From Heterodontus francisci (Eukaryota), in NCBI RefSeq assembly GCF_036365525.1, contig NC_090414.1, forward strand, positions 19,677,846 through 19,741,845: a stretch of 64,000 nucleotides of DNA. Direction: 5' to 3'. This document shows, piece after piece, positions 37,001 through 48,271 of the stretch. The notes under the pieces are model-generated. The model saw nothing but the letters and a program-made list of their open reading frames with translations, did not search any database and was not told the DNA's origin. Within the stretch, counting starts at the first letter, position 1. The number at the start of each line of letters is the position of its first letter. A program made the translations under genes and the position numbers.

Positions 37001-40000
37001 TGGAAAACTGTACTTGCTAGTTGCAGTATCCGTGATCTTGCAATATTCCTTCAGTCTTTACAGGATAATCCCAGTTTAGATGGTATGGAATTCCTGCTAA
37101 ACACTATTTACAAGTAGTTGGTAAGTTTCTGAAGAAGAACACAATATATATATTTTTCAAAAAACAACCAATAAAACACAAAACCACAGAGCTTTGCATG
37201 ATAGATTGTCGTAACCACATCCACTCGATGGCCACTTGCCTGCCGTGGCTCCCTGATGTGATTTTGCTCTCTCTCGTTACTTGCCCAGGTGACCTCGAGG
37301 AAGCCCGACGCATCCTGAAGTCCTTCCAGATGGTGGTGCCCGGGCTGGCTATGGTGCTGCTGCGGCGTGTGAGCCTGGAGCGGCGCTGCGGGCACTTGGA
37401 CCAGGCGGAGGCGCTGCTGCGGGAGGCCATCGAGCAGCACCGGGACACGGCCCTGGCCTCCTTCTTCTCCATCAAGCTGGCGAGGCAGCTCCTGAAAGTG
37501 CAGAAGAGTCTAGTGAAGGCCAGGAAGGTGCTGCTGGAAGCTATTGAGAGGGACAAGGTGAGGGGGAGGGTGGGCGGGCGGGCGTGTGTCTGGGAGCGCC
37601 AGGGATTTGCGGGGTCAAACGCTCCATTCAAAGACGATGAGGCCCTGTCGGGTTGATGTTAAAAATCCCACGGCCACTATTTCAAAGAACATGGGTGTCC
37701 TCTCAGCCAGCGTTATGAAAACACTTGATCTGGTCATTGGTCACATTGCCGTTTGTGGAATCTTGCTGTGCGCAAGTTGTCGGCCGCACGACCCTACATC
37801 AAACAGTGACACTTCAAAAAGTACCTCATCGGTCGTGAGGCCATGAAATGCGTTATCTAAATGCCGCTCTTTCTTTTCATGGTAATGGCCTGATGAACCA
37901 GTGCATTGCCAATGTCCGACATGGTCCTAGGATTAAACACCTACTCGACATTAGCTTGTCTAGGGAGAGATGAGAGGAATTTGAACCCTATTCATTGGAA
38001 CAGGTTAAGAAGGATCAAATAAGAGTTTCTCAAAATTGAGGGATTCTGATTAAGGAGAAACTACTTGCTCTGGGGGGGGGTGCGGGTGGGGGGTGAGTCA
38101 GTAACTAGAGGGCATCAATTTACAACTTGAAGAATTGATGGGGAGTTAGGAGAAATTGTTTTACGCAGTGGCTCATTAGGACTTTGAATTCCCGAGCAGG
38201 AATGGTGGGCAGTGCAGAATCAAGAATCGCTTTTAACAGGAAAGCGGATGAGTGTGTGAAATACAAAATATTTGCAAGTGTACGGGGAATGGGAAAAGGA
38301 GAGTGCTTTCAGAGAGCTGGTCCAGGGGAGATGGGCTGAATGGCCTCATCCTCTACGATTCTGCGTAGACTCGTGCGACAGTTGATCTCAGCACCTCGAG
38401 GAAAAGGTCCCTGGGTTTCCAGTCCTGGTTGTTGGATGGTCAGGAGATGGCTGTCCCGTTAGAGCAGTCTGCTGCTGCCTTCACTGAACGGACTTTCTCA
38501 GTCTCGGCTCATGCGAGGTGCCCGCAATCCTGGAATCCTATCACTGCAGGAGTGAGGGCCTTGTGAAGGGAAGAGGAGAGAGCTGACATACGAAAGAGGC
38601 AGGGCTCCTGCAACTTATTTAGGGGACAATTGATCCCCGAGGTGCAAGAAATACACTGCTTCCCCCTCCCCTTCCCCCCCCCCCACTAACATGTGGAGCC
38701 TTTGACCTTGGCAGGAGAATCCCAAACTGTACCTGAACCTGTTGGAGCTGGAGTTCAGCGGCGATATCCGAATAAACGAGGGGAACATTCTGGGCTGCTT
38801 CGACCAGGTGCTTTCCAGCTCCCTCCCTCTCGAGACCAAAATTGTCTTCTCCCAGCGGAGAGTGGAGTTCCTGGAGGATTTTGGCTGCAACATACGGACG
38901 TGAGTGTCACCGTCTGTGTCCATAGTGTCTGTCTGGGTGTGTCTCCGTGTCTGCGTCCGCCTGTCTGTGTCTGCATCGGGATCTGTCATGGCTGGAGTGT
39001 CTGTGTGTTATACCTATCAGGAAAGGATGAACGTACTGGGTCTCCTTTTCTCTTGATAAGAATAGGGTGGGGGCGTGGTGTTCTGATACAGAGATCTTTA
39101 AAATTATGAAAGGTTTTCATAGAGTAAACGCAGAGAATTTTTCCACTTGTGGGCGAGACCAGAACTCGGGGGCCATCAATATAAGACAGTCACTAATAAA
39201 TCCAATTGGGAATTCAGGAGAAACCTCTTTCCCCAGAGAGTGGGGAGAATGTGGAACTCGCTACCACAGGGGAAGCTGGATAAACACATGAGGGAGAAAG
39301 GAATAGAAGGATATGTTGATGGGGTGAGATGAAGAGGGGGTGGGAGGAGGCTCGTGTGGAGCAGAAGCACCAGCACGGAGCGGATGGGCAGAATGGCCTG
39401 TTTCTGCGCTGTATATCTAGAGGGAAAGAGTGTGTGTCTGTATCGGTCACTTTCTGAGCTGTGCGAGTGTATCTCACTACCAGTGGCACCACCCCTACCC
39501 CCCACCAACCACATTGAGTGATTGGAATGTTTAAATTCCCCCCCCCAACCACCTCCCCACTCTCTCTTCATTTTCTGAAGGCACCCCCCCCCCCCCCCTC
39601 CCCCCACTTTCTGCTCCGGTTCCGTTCGACTGGCGTTAATGCCATTCGACTGTGAAGGGCATCGTGTTCAAACTGGATTCTTTAATACAATGGCCCACCC
39701 CCAGCGGGGGCTCACTGGAGAGCATTCCCAAGTGGGTGGGCGCAGCAGTTTCTTGCCCTTCTGTGGCCCACAGCTCTCTTAAGTACCAGGCTGGCTGAGA
39801 TTGGCTACTTGCTGCAGATCAGCGATCGAGACTGGGGACTTTCCAGGTCTGTGTGCTTGAGCCTTAAGTCTAGACTGGCAAAAGAGGAACTGTAACACTT
39901 GAGAATCTAACCTGCGTTACCTGGAGGCATCTAAATACAGTGGAGAGCTTAAAGGAGGCTTTCGGCTTCTGTTCCTTTGAAACGTTGAGTAGCTCGGCCC

Positions 40001-41896
40001 CCTTCCTAGCTGCTTGCTGCTGGTCGCGGTTATGTATCTGTGCTTGTGTCCCGGCGTCAGTGCATGATATGTGCCATATGTTTCTACCCCCTCCCTCTCT
40101 TCTCCCCCCCCCCCCCCCCACACACCCACTGCAGTTTGCTACACGCCTATGATGAACATCAGAAGCTCCTCAAACAGAACTCCAGTAAGAAACGAGCAGC
40201 TGAGAACGGGTGAGTGCTAAACCCGTCAGTTTTTGCGTTTCCTTGCGCGTCCCTGGTTCGGCTGTGCTGTGCCCATTTCCAGCCTGGGGGGCGGGGGGGG
40301 GGTGGTAGTCGGTCTGGAGAGGGTGCTCTGTGCTCACCGCATAGTTTGTGTTGTGTGCAAGAGTGCAGTACTGGCGTCACCGCTCGTACCCATGCAGTGA
40401 CACCCATGGTGTGCTTTAGGCGACAGCCGGGCTGCAGCTGGCGAGTGTCTGATCTCCTCCCCTCACCTTCTAGCCGAGAACAGCACGCTCCCAATTTCCA
40501 TGGTAATTCCGTGTAATGTGATGTTACCGATGGAAAAAAAAACAAGAGAGACTCGCATTTCTATAGCACCTTTCACAACCTCAGGAAGTTCCCAAAGAGC
40601 TTTACAGCCAATGAAGTACTTTTGAAGTGCAGTCACTGTTGTGATTGTGGGAAACGCAGCAGCCGATTTGCGCACAGCAAGATCCCACAGTGATTAGATA
40701 ATTAATCAGATGATCCGGTTTTAATGGTATTAGTTGAGGAATGAATATTGTCCCAGGATGCTGGGGAGAACTCCCCTGATCATCATCCGATAGTGCCATG
40801 GGACCTTTTACATCCACCTGAGAGGGATGACAGGACCTTAGTTTAATATCTCATCCAATAGTGCAGTGTTCCCTCAGCACTGCTGAGGGAGCTTTGGCCT
40901 GGATTTTGTGCTCAGATCCCCTCTCCTACCTTCAAAGGGGAATCGTCTATAATTGGAGAGCGTTGGGGTGGTTGGGGGGGTGGGGGAGGTGAAGAGAACA
41001 AGGGGGCAGGTGGGCATAAGACAGCAAACTCTTCCTGCCTGCAGTCGTCACTGTCACCTTTAGTGACAGAGACCCCAGCCCCCACAAGAGAAACGTGGAG
41101 CTGTTTATTTTTATTGTGACGCTTGGATTTACAGCACTGAGGAACCAGAGGAGAAGAAGGCGCGGGTGGACGATGTCTCCACCATCAGCGTAGTGAGCAC
41201 GGCAGCAACCACCACCAATTCCACCGCCCTAATGAGCGGAGATGTGACCAGCAGCCAGGCAGCGTACAACTACAGTGCGTGGTATCAGGTACGCGTTGGT
41301 GCATTCACCCCAAATATGGCCCATTGCACCTCTCTTCTTAACATACAGGCTCATTTCCGCAAACGTGGACTGGGGTGCAAATTACAAAAGCGCCAAAACT
41401 CTCCTTGGGCATTACTCTCTCGCTGTGTCCTCAGCGGTCAGTGTAAACTCCTGGATAAGTGTGGGCGACGACTCTCCAATATTTTAGCATGGTTTCTGCT
41501 CCTAAACCTTTTTTCTCATCAGCTGAACACCCGACCCCTGACTTCACATTGTAGTATCGCCCTTGAGATCCCCCATCTCCTTCTGCTCTGCAACTCTATT
41601 TGGTTGCATCTCTGAAAGGCACCAGAACACAGTTCCATTCAGCCAGCCCTGGTGTAGACCAGGTGCTCAGAGACCTCCCCGTGTCAGCCGGGTTTTTGTG
41701 CTCATGTCTGTGGAGTGGGGATCAAGCCCACGATCGTCTGACTCAACATCTTCAGATGGGGAAGAATGGGTGGGATTCCCAGCCAGACACAGCTTCTTAC
41801 TGATTTTCCATGTCTCTCTCTCTCTCTCTGCAGCCTTATGGATCATACGGATATCAGAACCCGTGGAACTACAGTCAGTATTACCCACACAGCTGA
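9578..41896 (+). CDS. PRPF39: Pre-mRNA-processing factor 39-like (U1 snRNP HAT-repeat protein), 14 coding exons, about 1151 aa
   Basis: Exons 9578-9659, 18942-20584, 22601-22726, 23962-24080, 27299-27466, 29462-29633, 31860-31967, 32415-32579, 32986-33112, 37289-37557, 38715-38899, 40135-40209, 41135-41288 and 41834-41896 are all GT-AG and phase-consistent (3456 nt). Hallmark motifs: [63 protein letters not shown]. Probably a paralogue rather than the 1:1 orthologue. Exon 1 and the start codon (9578 or 9593) are the least certain parts. Confidence 0.92.
10280..10625 (-). mobile_element. CR1 LINE 3' fragment
   Basis: Reverse translation [10 protein letters not shown]...[22 protein letters not shown], the CR1 ORF2 C-terminus. 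Confidence 0.85.
11885..12440 (+). mobile_element. CR1 LINE 3' fragment
   Basis: [14 protein letters not shown]...LEAVQRRFT motif followed by a CR1 3'UTR. Confidence 0.85.
13348..15330. repeat. 40-bp tandem minisatellite, about 49 copies
   Basis: Unit CAGGGTCTGAGGATAAAGCTCTGAGTGATATATTAGGACC (variant TGTGG for CAGGG) repeated head to tail in PRPF39-like intron 1. Confidence 0.97.
17450..17855 (+). mobile_element. tRNA-headed DeuSINE-like element (SacSINE1-like)
   Basis: A-box-like TGGCTCAGTTGG head, central GGGGAGTTATCCCCGGTGTCCTGGCCAAT, and L2-type tail AAGCGCTTTGGG..ATAGAAATGCAAG. Many further copies occur in the window. Confidence 0.7.
18942..20584 (+). CDS. PRPF39-like exon 2 (1643 nt, acidic repeat extension plus start of HAT domain)
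   Basis: Acceptor TCTTTTGTTCGCAG; open frame throughout; ends YVEQE|GTGAGG. Confidence 0.9.
19072..20026 (+). repeat. Coding 48-bp (16-aa) minisatellite in PRPF39-like exon 2
   Basis: About 9 diverged [16 protein letters not shown]-type units, then 11 [16 protein letters not shown]-type units at an exact 48-bp period from 19499. Confidence 0.95.
22601..22726 (+). CDS. PRPF39-like exon 3
   Basis: [42 protein letters not shown]. Confidence 0.95.
23545..23865. repeat. 69-bp tandem repeat, about 4.5 copies
   Basis: Unit GGGGTTAGATACAGAGTAAAGCTCCCTCTACACTGTCCCCATCAAACACTCCCAGGACAGGTACAGCAC. Confidence 0.93.
23962..24080 (+). CDS. PRPF39-like exon 4
   Basis: [25 protein letters not shown]... 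Confidence 0.95.
24465..25800 (-). mobile_element. CR1 LINE, 5'-truncated, degenerate RT region
   Basis: [33 protein letters not shown]; [31 protein letters not shown]; (TTTCTATG)n tail at 24465-24480. Confidence 0.93.
26030..26280 (+). mobile_element. DeuSINE-like copy (internally deleted)
   Basis: GAATCAGAAGGTTGTGGGTTCGAG..CAGTACTGAGGGAATGCTGC..GCGGGATCTTGC, shared with the other copies. Confidence 0.65.
26297..26628. mobile_element. hAT-superfamily non-autonomous DNA transposon (MITE), 332 bp
   Basis: TIRs TAGAGGCCTGC / GCAGGCCTCCA (10 of 11 match); perfect 8-bp TSD CGTCAGGG at 26289-26296 and 26629-26636; subterminal CCCGA/TCGGG repeats. Confidence 0.9.
26710..27130 (-). mobile_element. 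DeuSINE-like copy
   Basis: Reverse complement of the SINE consensus seen at 17450 and 55985. Confidence 0.7.
27299..27466 (+). CDS. PRPF39-like exon 5
   Basis: [30 protein letters not shown]...YSHHFE. Confidence 0.95.
28905..29325 (-). mobile_element. L2-clade LINE 3' fragment
   Basis: Reverse translation [35 protein letters not shown]. Other copies at about 18250-18740 (+), 50130-50610 (-) and 54700-55450 (-). Confidence 0.8.
29462..29633 (+). CDS. PRPF39-like exon 6
   Basis: [23 protein letters not shown]...[14 protein letters not shown]; donor AAG|GTGACC. Confidence 0.93.
29960..30620 (-). mobile_element. CR1 LINE 3' fragment
   Basis: [45 protein letters not shown]. Confidence 0.88.
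31118..31503. repeat. 69-bp tandem repeat, about 5.5 copies (same family as 23545)
   Basis: Same GTTAGATACAGAGTAAAGCTCCCTCTACAC unit; a partial array also lies at 29870-29965. Confidence 0.93.
31860..31967 (+). CDS. PRPF39-like exon 7
   Basis: [36 protein letters not shown]. Confidence 0.93.
32415..32579 (+). CDS. PRPF39-like exon 8
   Basis: [27 protein letters not shown]...[11 protein letters not shown]. Confidence 0.96.
32986..33112 (+). CDS. PRPF39-like exon 9
   Basis: [42 protein letters not shown]. Confidence 0.96.
37289..37557 (+). CDS. PRPF39-like exon 10
   Basis: [31 protein letters not shown]...[13 protein letters not shown]. Confidence 0.96.
38715..38899 (+). CDS. PRPF39-like exon 11
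   Basis: [17 protein letters not shown]...[13 protein letters not shown]. Confidence 0.95.
40135..40209 (+). CDS. PRPF39-like exon 12
   Basis: [25 protein letters not shown]. Confidence 0.93.
40550..40915 (-). mobile_element. DeuSINE-like copy
   Basis: GCATTTCTATAGCACCTTTCACAACCTCAGG..CCAATGAAGTACTTTTGAAGTG is the reversed SINE tail. Confidence 0.7.
41135..41288 (+). CDS. PRPF39-like exon 13
   Basis: [13 protein letters not shown]...[12 protein letters not shown]. Confidence 0.93.
41834..41896 (+). CDS. PRPF39-like exon 14 (terminal coding part)
   Basis: (TC)n polypyrimidine tract and CAG; [20 protein letters not shown]. Confidence 0.92.
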   Translation, partial: PYGSYGYQNPWNYSQYYPHS

Positions 41897-43505
41897 GACA
41901 AGTGGGTGATGTGGGCCTAAGAGATGGGAACTGTGTACATACTGAAACCAAGGGACCGATTTCTGTCTCCCTCCCAACCCACCCACGACCCCCCCCCCCC
42001 CCCCACTTCTCCGTTCCCTACCTTTTGTAAACGTCTCGGCCATCAATCACGATCCCCACCCCCCGATGAGCAGGACAGAGTCAACCTGCGAGGTGTTTTG
42101 TGTCTGTTGTGTTGGGTGTGATGTTGCCCTGAAAAAAAATGTAAAATTCCTGGAGAACTGGGACTCTTTGTGTCCAGTTCCTTTTGCAGTCCTGTTTACA
42201 GTTCCCTTTCAAGCACCTGCCCTCCTCCTGATTCTGGCTGTGAAGGGGAGAGGGGAGAAGAGGACAAGAAACGAGAGTGGGTGGTTTATCTGTAGGGAGA
42301 GATCCGGAAGATCCTGTCAGCACAACACAGTCCTGAGTGATCTCTGGCAACTCGTCATCCTGTGTAGGCGCGTTCTCTCCGAGGTGGAGGTACAGAGCGG
42401 GCCTCCCCCCATACCCCACCAGGTGAAGTGTCTGCCCAACCCTCTGCTCGGGATCGAAATTTGGAACATTCTCCCCTCTTCCCCCAAATGAAATACGGAG
42501 CAGGTCTGCACAACAGAAGAGATAGGTTAATCTGTTGGCTGGAAACCCGGCATAAGAACTGGTGAGGCTGCTGTGTATTTCCATGATGTAATGTTCTAGA
42601 ATCATCTCTGGCTTGTTTGACAACACTCAATGCATCACGAGACATCAACTTGCAGGTAGGTGAGTCAGTTTTCCTGACCACTGGAGTTTCAAGCGAGGCC
42701 TAATATTCCCCATGAATTCAGCAGCCTGCAAATGGGATGGTGCCCGGGATTCCAGGCTGGAAAACCTAGTCCTGGGTGGCGTGGCTGTACGTTGCCTGCA
42801 TCTTCCATGATGGTTTTAAATCAGCTTTGTAACCTGCCGACAGGAAGCCCAAAGCCTTTTTCACTCGAAAGGCCACTCGACCATGTTTTGGGGATTTTTT
42901 TATTGGTCGGATTTGCTGTGTGCGCTTGCATCAGATTCGTACCCTTGTAAAGCACAATTCATTTCTGCCTGGATCTGGCGTAGCCACACAGCATTCCACC
43001 GAACCTGACACAGTAGGTAGAGCGCCTGACCGGGCACGTTTCCCCTGCCGACTGGTTGTCCTCCCACCCCATTCCAGCCCCGACACCAAATTTATAAGGA
43101 AAAGCCAGGAATGCGGCAGAATGGGTTTTCCCTACGAGGGGAATCACAGCTGGGCACAATCCTCTCCTGAGCTGGTATCCCCAACACAGGGCCTCCCTCC
43201 CTCCCTCACAGGCACTCCTCAAACCGGTAACACTAACCTGCTTTTTCCGCTGCTACGTCACGTATATGTATATTTTTTTGTCAGCGTCTTCTGTTGTTGC
43301 AGCACCGATGGGACTCTGCACAGGGTGAGCCAGACAATCTCTGCTCTGCCTCAAGACCGTGGTGACTGACAAGCAGATACCAAACACCTCAATGTGAATC
43401 TTTTTTCTTCTGTACAAATTCTTGTTAAGGCAAAAACAAAACGCATTTTTGCAAGTAGTTTTTTAATGAATGTAACGTTCCTTTTTTTTTTGAATGGCTG
43501 GTGTA

Positions 43506-43511
43506 AATAAA
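43506..43511 (+). terminator. Polyadenylation signal of the PRPF39-like gene
   Basis: AATAAA after a ~1.6-kb unique 3'UTR, preceded by U-rich tracts and followed by a GU-rich stretch. Confidence 0.65.
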
Positions 43512-46121
43512 AGGATGCTAGGAGATGGCTATTTCTGTGCATTCTGTCGGAAAGTGCGGTTTTAGGCTCAGTAAAGAATGTTCTGGGTGGAATGCAGACG
43601 CTCTGCACCGTGAAACCCAAAGCGGTCTATACCGAATGAATTGGCCTGCTATCCAGGCACTGCAGGCAGGACAGGGTGAGGGAGAACAGTGGTTGCAGTT
43701 CTGATGTTTGGCTGCCTAAAAAAAAAATTCATTGTATCCATGAACTTATGAAAGTTTCCACACCATGAAACGGATGTATCATGTTGGGTGTATGCTGGAG
43801 AATGATTCTGGTTTTTGAAAGGCAGATTCCAGTTTTTCCGTCTTCCAACTTTTGCAGGCTTGCCACTTGAATGCCAGAACGGGAGACCGAGGCAGCCCTC
43901 ACTCGGAGATTATTGCCAGAAGAGGGAAGGGAGACTGAAACTAAACAACCAAATCGATACCCAAATTGGTCGTTCCAGCAGGAAGATCCATCGAGCGGGG
44001 AAATGTTTTCCCCGGGATCGGGACTGAGCAGCTCCTTGGCCTGGATTCGATGGGCCAAATGGCCTCCCAGGCTGTAATGTTTCTAAATAGCACCCATTAA
44101 TCTACCAATGACCTCTGCTGCTGACAGACAGAGACTGGTCCCCTTGAATCCTGTATTTCTGCTGTTCAATTGGTTCCTATGCTTCAAAATGAAACCATGG
44201 TCGTTTACAGTGCAGATTGAGGCCATTCGGCCCATCTGCGGGAACAGGAGTAGGCCCTTGAGTCCTTCAAGTCTGTTCTTGACATTCAGTGGGATCATGG
44301 CTGATCTACGCTAACTCCACCTTGGCTCTGTGTCACTTACTGTCCTTGACGTGCAATTGTCTTAGCGATCTCCGATTGCAACTGGGCTAACATCAGCTTT
44401 TAATGGGAGAAAGTTCCACACTTCTGTCACCCTTTGCATGAAGAAGTGCTTCCTAACTTTGAATGGCATGTCTCTGATTTTAAGGTTATGGCCCTTTTGT
44501 CCTCGACTCCCTCACCAGCGGAAAAAGTTTCTATCAATTCCTTTCAAAATTATAAAATCCTCCATCAAATCACCCCATATTCAAGCCTAGTTTATGTCAT
44601 CTCCCCTCATATAATCTAACCCTAGGAGCCCTGGTACAATTCTGATGAATGCATTGTGTATTTACTATGATTTAAACTAATCCCACTGTACCTCTCCCCA
44701 GAGCCCTGTATCAATCCCAAACAAATCCCACTGCCCCACTCTGTCCCCGGAGCCCTTTATCTTCCTCTGCTTAAATAATTTATCAAATTTTCCCTTAAAG
44801 GATGCAATGGTCTCTGCCTCTACTACTCCCTGGGATGAAGCAATCTATGCTTCTACAACTCTCGGTGTAAAGAAATTTCTCCTAAAACATTACCCCCCCC
44901 CCCCCCCCCCCCCCCGCCCCCAACTCTCTTCGTGACCATTTTAAATTGAATAACTATTCACTCTTTATCAAGACTTCATACGAAAATTTGTTCAAAGCTA
45001 CAGTGTCTCAGACCTGCAAAGGAGGGTTGATGCCCATTGTAAAGTGGTGCCATGTCCAGCACTGTCAGATCAGACTTGAACACTGCACAGTCACCCCCTT
45101 ATTTTTAGAAACCGTGTAAGGGGGAAAGGCATGCTGGAGACCTCCGTTCCCTGTTAAGTATGAGTTTTATTTGTGTACTGCAGCTTAAGGTATGAATTGT
45201 CCCAGAATAACCTGTGGGACCAGTCTGCCAAGTCTTCAAATGTTCACAATCGGGCTCTGCTGCATGACCGTTCAAACAGGAGTTTCCAGTGTCATTAAAC
45301 AGCTCAGCAAAAGGCCCTTTCAGTTTCTGGTTGATGGAGCGGGAAATCAAATGCAGTCGAGCCCTGCACAAAGTTTGGACTCCATTGGGCAGCAGGGTCC
45401 CTACCCCAGCCAGGGGTGGGAGGGGAAATGGCTACCATGGTCCCCATTCTCAATTGACTCCAAGAGTCCACGTGGCCAGAGAGTGCGAGCACAGGCAGAG
45501 CGGGTCCGGTGCCACACTCGGCTCAATGTGTTGGCCATGGAGAGGGTGCAGATGAGATTTACTAAAACGGCACCAAGGGTGAGAGAATCCAGTAACACAG
45601 CTCTTCCACCAAACTTCTCCAGTCTCGCTAAGAGGTGGTTCAAAATTATGATGATTTTTTGATGAGTAAATAAGGTGAAATAGATTCCAGTGACGGGAGC
45701 GTCAGGAACCAGGATGTCAGTGTGACAATTTTTGTGACTGTTCAGTGGGGAAAAATGGGACACATGTCCTTGTGTCTTTGTGGGAATTCTATCTGATTTG
45801 GTTAAGTGTCTCTCCTCACCTGTACCAAATCCCCGTCACCCATCAGCTCCTGTGTTTCTGGTAAAGCAGCACCTCTTAAAATTCTCATCCGCGACTTCAA
45901 ATCCCTTAATAGCCTCCGTCCTTTCCCCTCCTTATCTACTACATAACCTGAGAATTCGGCGTTCCTCCAACTCAGGCCTCTTGTGCATTCCCCCCACTGT
46001 TGAATTGTTCTCTGTAATCATTACAATCTGAATTCCAGCTCCAGGTCCTTGCATATGAAACCGTATCTACCACCATTTATGGAAACCACTTGAGCAAGTT
46101 TGCGAACTTAAAATGAATAAT

Positions 46122-46127
46122 TTTATT
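46122..46127 (-). terminator. Probable polyadenylation signal of TMEM179B
   Basis: TTTATT on the + strand (AATAAA on -) in an AT-rich block about 2 kb past the stop codon. Confidence 0.5.
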
Positions 46128-48106
46128 TTAATACAATTATTTGGTTAATATACCTGCATTAGGGATTATGCTCACAAAATTTTTTAGCTAATATAAACAT
46201 AAAACTAGTCTAGGTCTAGTGAACGCCAAATTGAATGGTAGGTTTAAATCCTGTTTCAGATCCCATCAATATGAGTGCATAATTGTACGCGATAGATGCA
46301 TGACCCCCCAACCCCGCTTCCCCAAAAACCGCCGTGTGTGACTTCAGATAGTTTGGGGTCTCCTTGTTCGAGTGATGCGAGGAGTTGGTGGCCCCTTTTA
46401 ACTGATTTGAGAGAGTCAGGCAGCAGGAACTGGGATTCTGGTGCGCGTCACAAGTCTTGTCGATGTCAGTGTGTTTGCTCCAGCCTCCTTTTTTTAATGG
46501 CATAAAATTTATGTTTTTTTTAAATGTGCTTAAAATAAGTATGGGGGAGAAATGGAACATGTCTCATTCCAGGCACTCAGTGTCAGTATAACCCACGGCA
46601 TCACTGCTAGTGCAAAAGCAAGTCTTGCATTTCAACCAAGACTTTCAAAATCGCAGGACATCCGCAGGTACTTCACAGGCAATGAAGTACTTCTGAAGTG
46701 TAGTCACTTTTGTAACGCAGGAAACAGCAAGATCTCACATAATGTGGCATTGTTGACATAATTTTAGTGATAGTTGGATGAATATTGACTGGGATAGTAG
46801 GGGGAACTCCCCACCCCTTCAAACGGTGCTGTGGGATCTTTTTTCACACACCTGAAGGGACAAGCAGGTTTTAACATCTCATCCGACAGCACCACTGACG
46901 TTGCAATGCTCGCTCAGTACTCGCACTGGGAGTGTCAACCCAGCTTTTATTCAAGTATGCAGCGAACCCACAACCTTCTGATCGAGGTGAGAATGGGAGT
47001 GACTGAGCCACAGCTGACACCAAACTAGACTGTCGGGTAAAGATTAATGATGGCACCAATCTACGATTTGCCTTTCCCTCACCTATGTGTTGTTAGTTGA
47101 TGCCAAGTCGGGGGGGGGGGGATAGTTTTGTACTGTGAGCCCACTCCCAAGATGACTGGCCAACTTCATTTTACACAGCACTCTCAGCCAACGGACTTCC
47201 CTCCCATCAATCCGGCCTTGATTTCACCCTTGAGCCCAGACGTTGAAGGCATGACCAGGCTCGTTCTCTTTGAATCATTAGTCCAACTATCTGTCAGAAC
47301 AAACCTCAGCACTGCAGCAAAAGCTAATCTCAAACACAGCACTAGCCTTTGCCCTGGTTATGGCAAGGGCCATGGTCTGTCCCCTGACACTGCAGTTGTA
47401 GTAAAGCAGAGAGTAGTGCAGAGTGGCCGGTGATCTTGGTGCAAAGTATCAGTCACAGGGAAGTTTGTTATTGGAGAAACTGGCTTGTTCACTTTTTAAT
47501 GCAATGCTGCTGGCTTTTGGTCACCCATTCATACTTCAGACTGTGGCACGCCACTCACCCCATTGTTTGATCCAAAAAAAAACATCACTCAGTTCTTCCT
47601 TTTCCCATCCCCACTTCCCCTCAAAATTTGTCTGTATCTGCCCCCCCCCCCCCCACCCCACCCCACCCCATCGAACCTTGTCGTGTTGTAACCAATTCAC
47701 AGCCAGGAGCTTGGGCACAGATGAAGCAGAGAATGACGCAGCATCCAACTCTGTCAGAAAAGGATCTCGGTTCAATCGTGACACGCCCGCATTGGAGACT
47801 TATTCACGGAAAGTTAAACCACTTCGAAGGGAACTAATAATCAAACTGTCGCACGAAGCAGCCATTTACACACATACACTTTGGTATAGGCTAGATGGTG
47901 CAGCACCCAACGCTTCCCAGTTGGGCAGTCAGTTAAGGCTTGAGTTCATTGTCAGTAGTTCTGGAGGCTTTGGGCCAGAGAGAGGTGGATGCTGACACAC
48001 AGAGGTAAATATATACACGCACAAACACATGCTGCCAGATTTCCAGCCCATCCTACGTTTGCCACTTGCACCAGCAGAGCCACCCCCCACCCCACCTCAA
48101 ATGGCT

Positions 48107-48271
48107 TCATGGTCGGGGTCCCGACGGCACCAAGCGGTCAGTCTCCCCCGAGCTGGCTGTGCCGTCAGAGTTGGCCCCATTCAGCGGCTTGAAATCGTCT
48201 CCCTGCTTCCGCTGCACGATGAGCAGAGCTAGCACCACGATCCAAAAGAAGAAATTCACCCAGGTCGAGGT
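48107..48271 (-). CDS. TMEM179B: TMEM179B exon 5
   Basis: TSTWVNFFFWIVVLALLIVQRKQ...GETDRLVPSGPRP*. Confidence 0.92.
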   Translation of the reverse strand, partial: TSTWVNFFFWIVVLALLIVQRKQGDDFKPLNGANSDGTASSGETDRLVPSGPRP

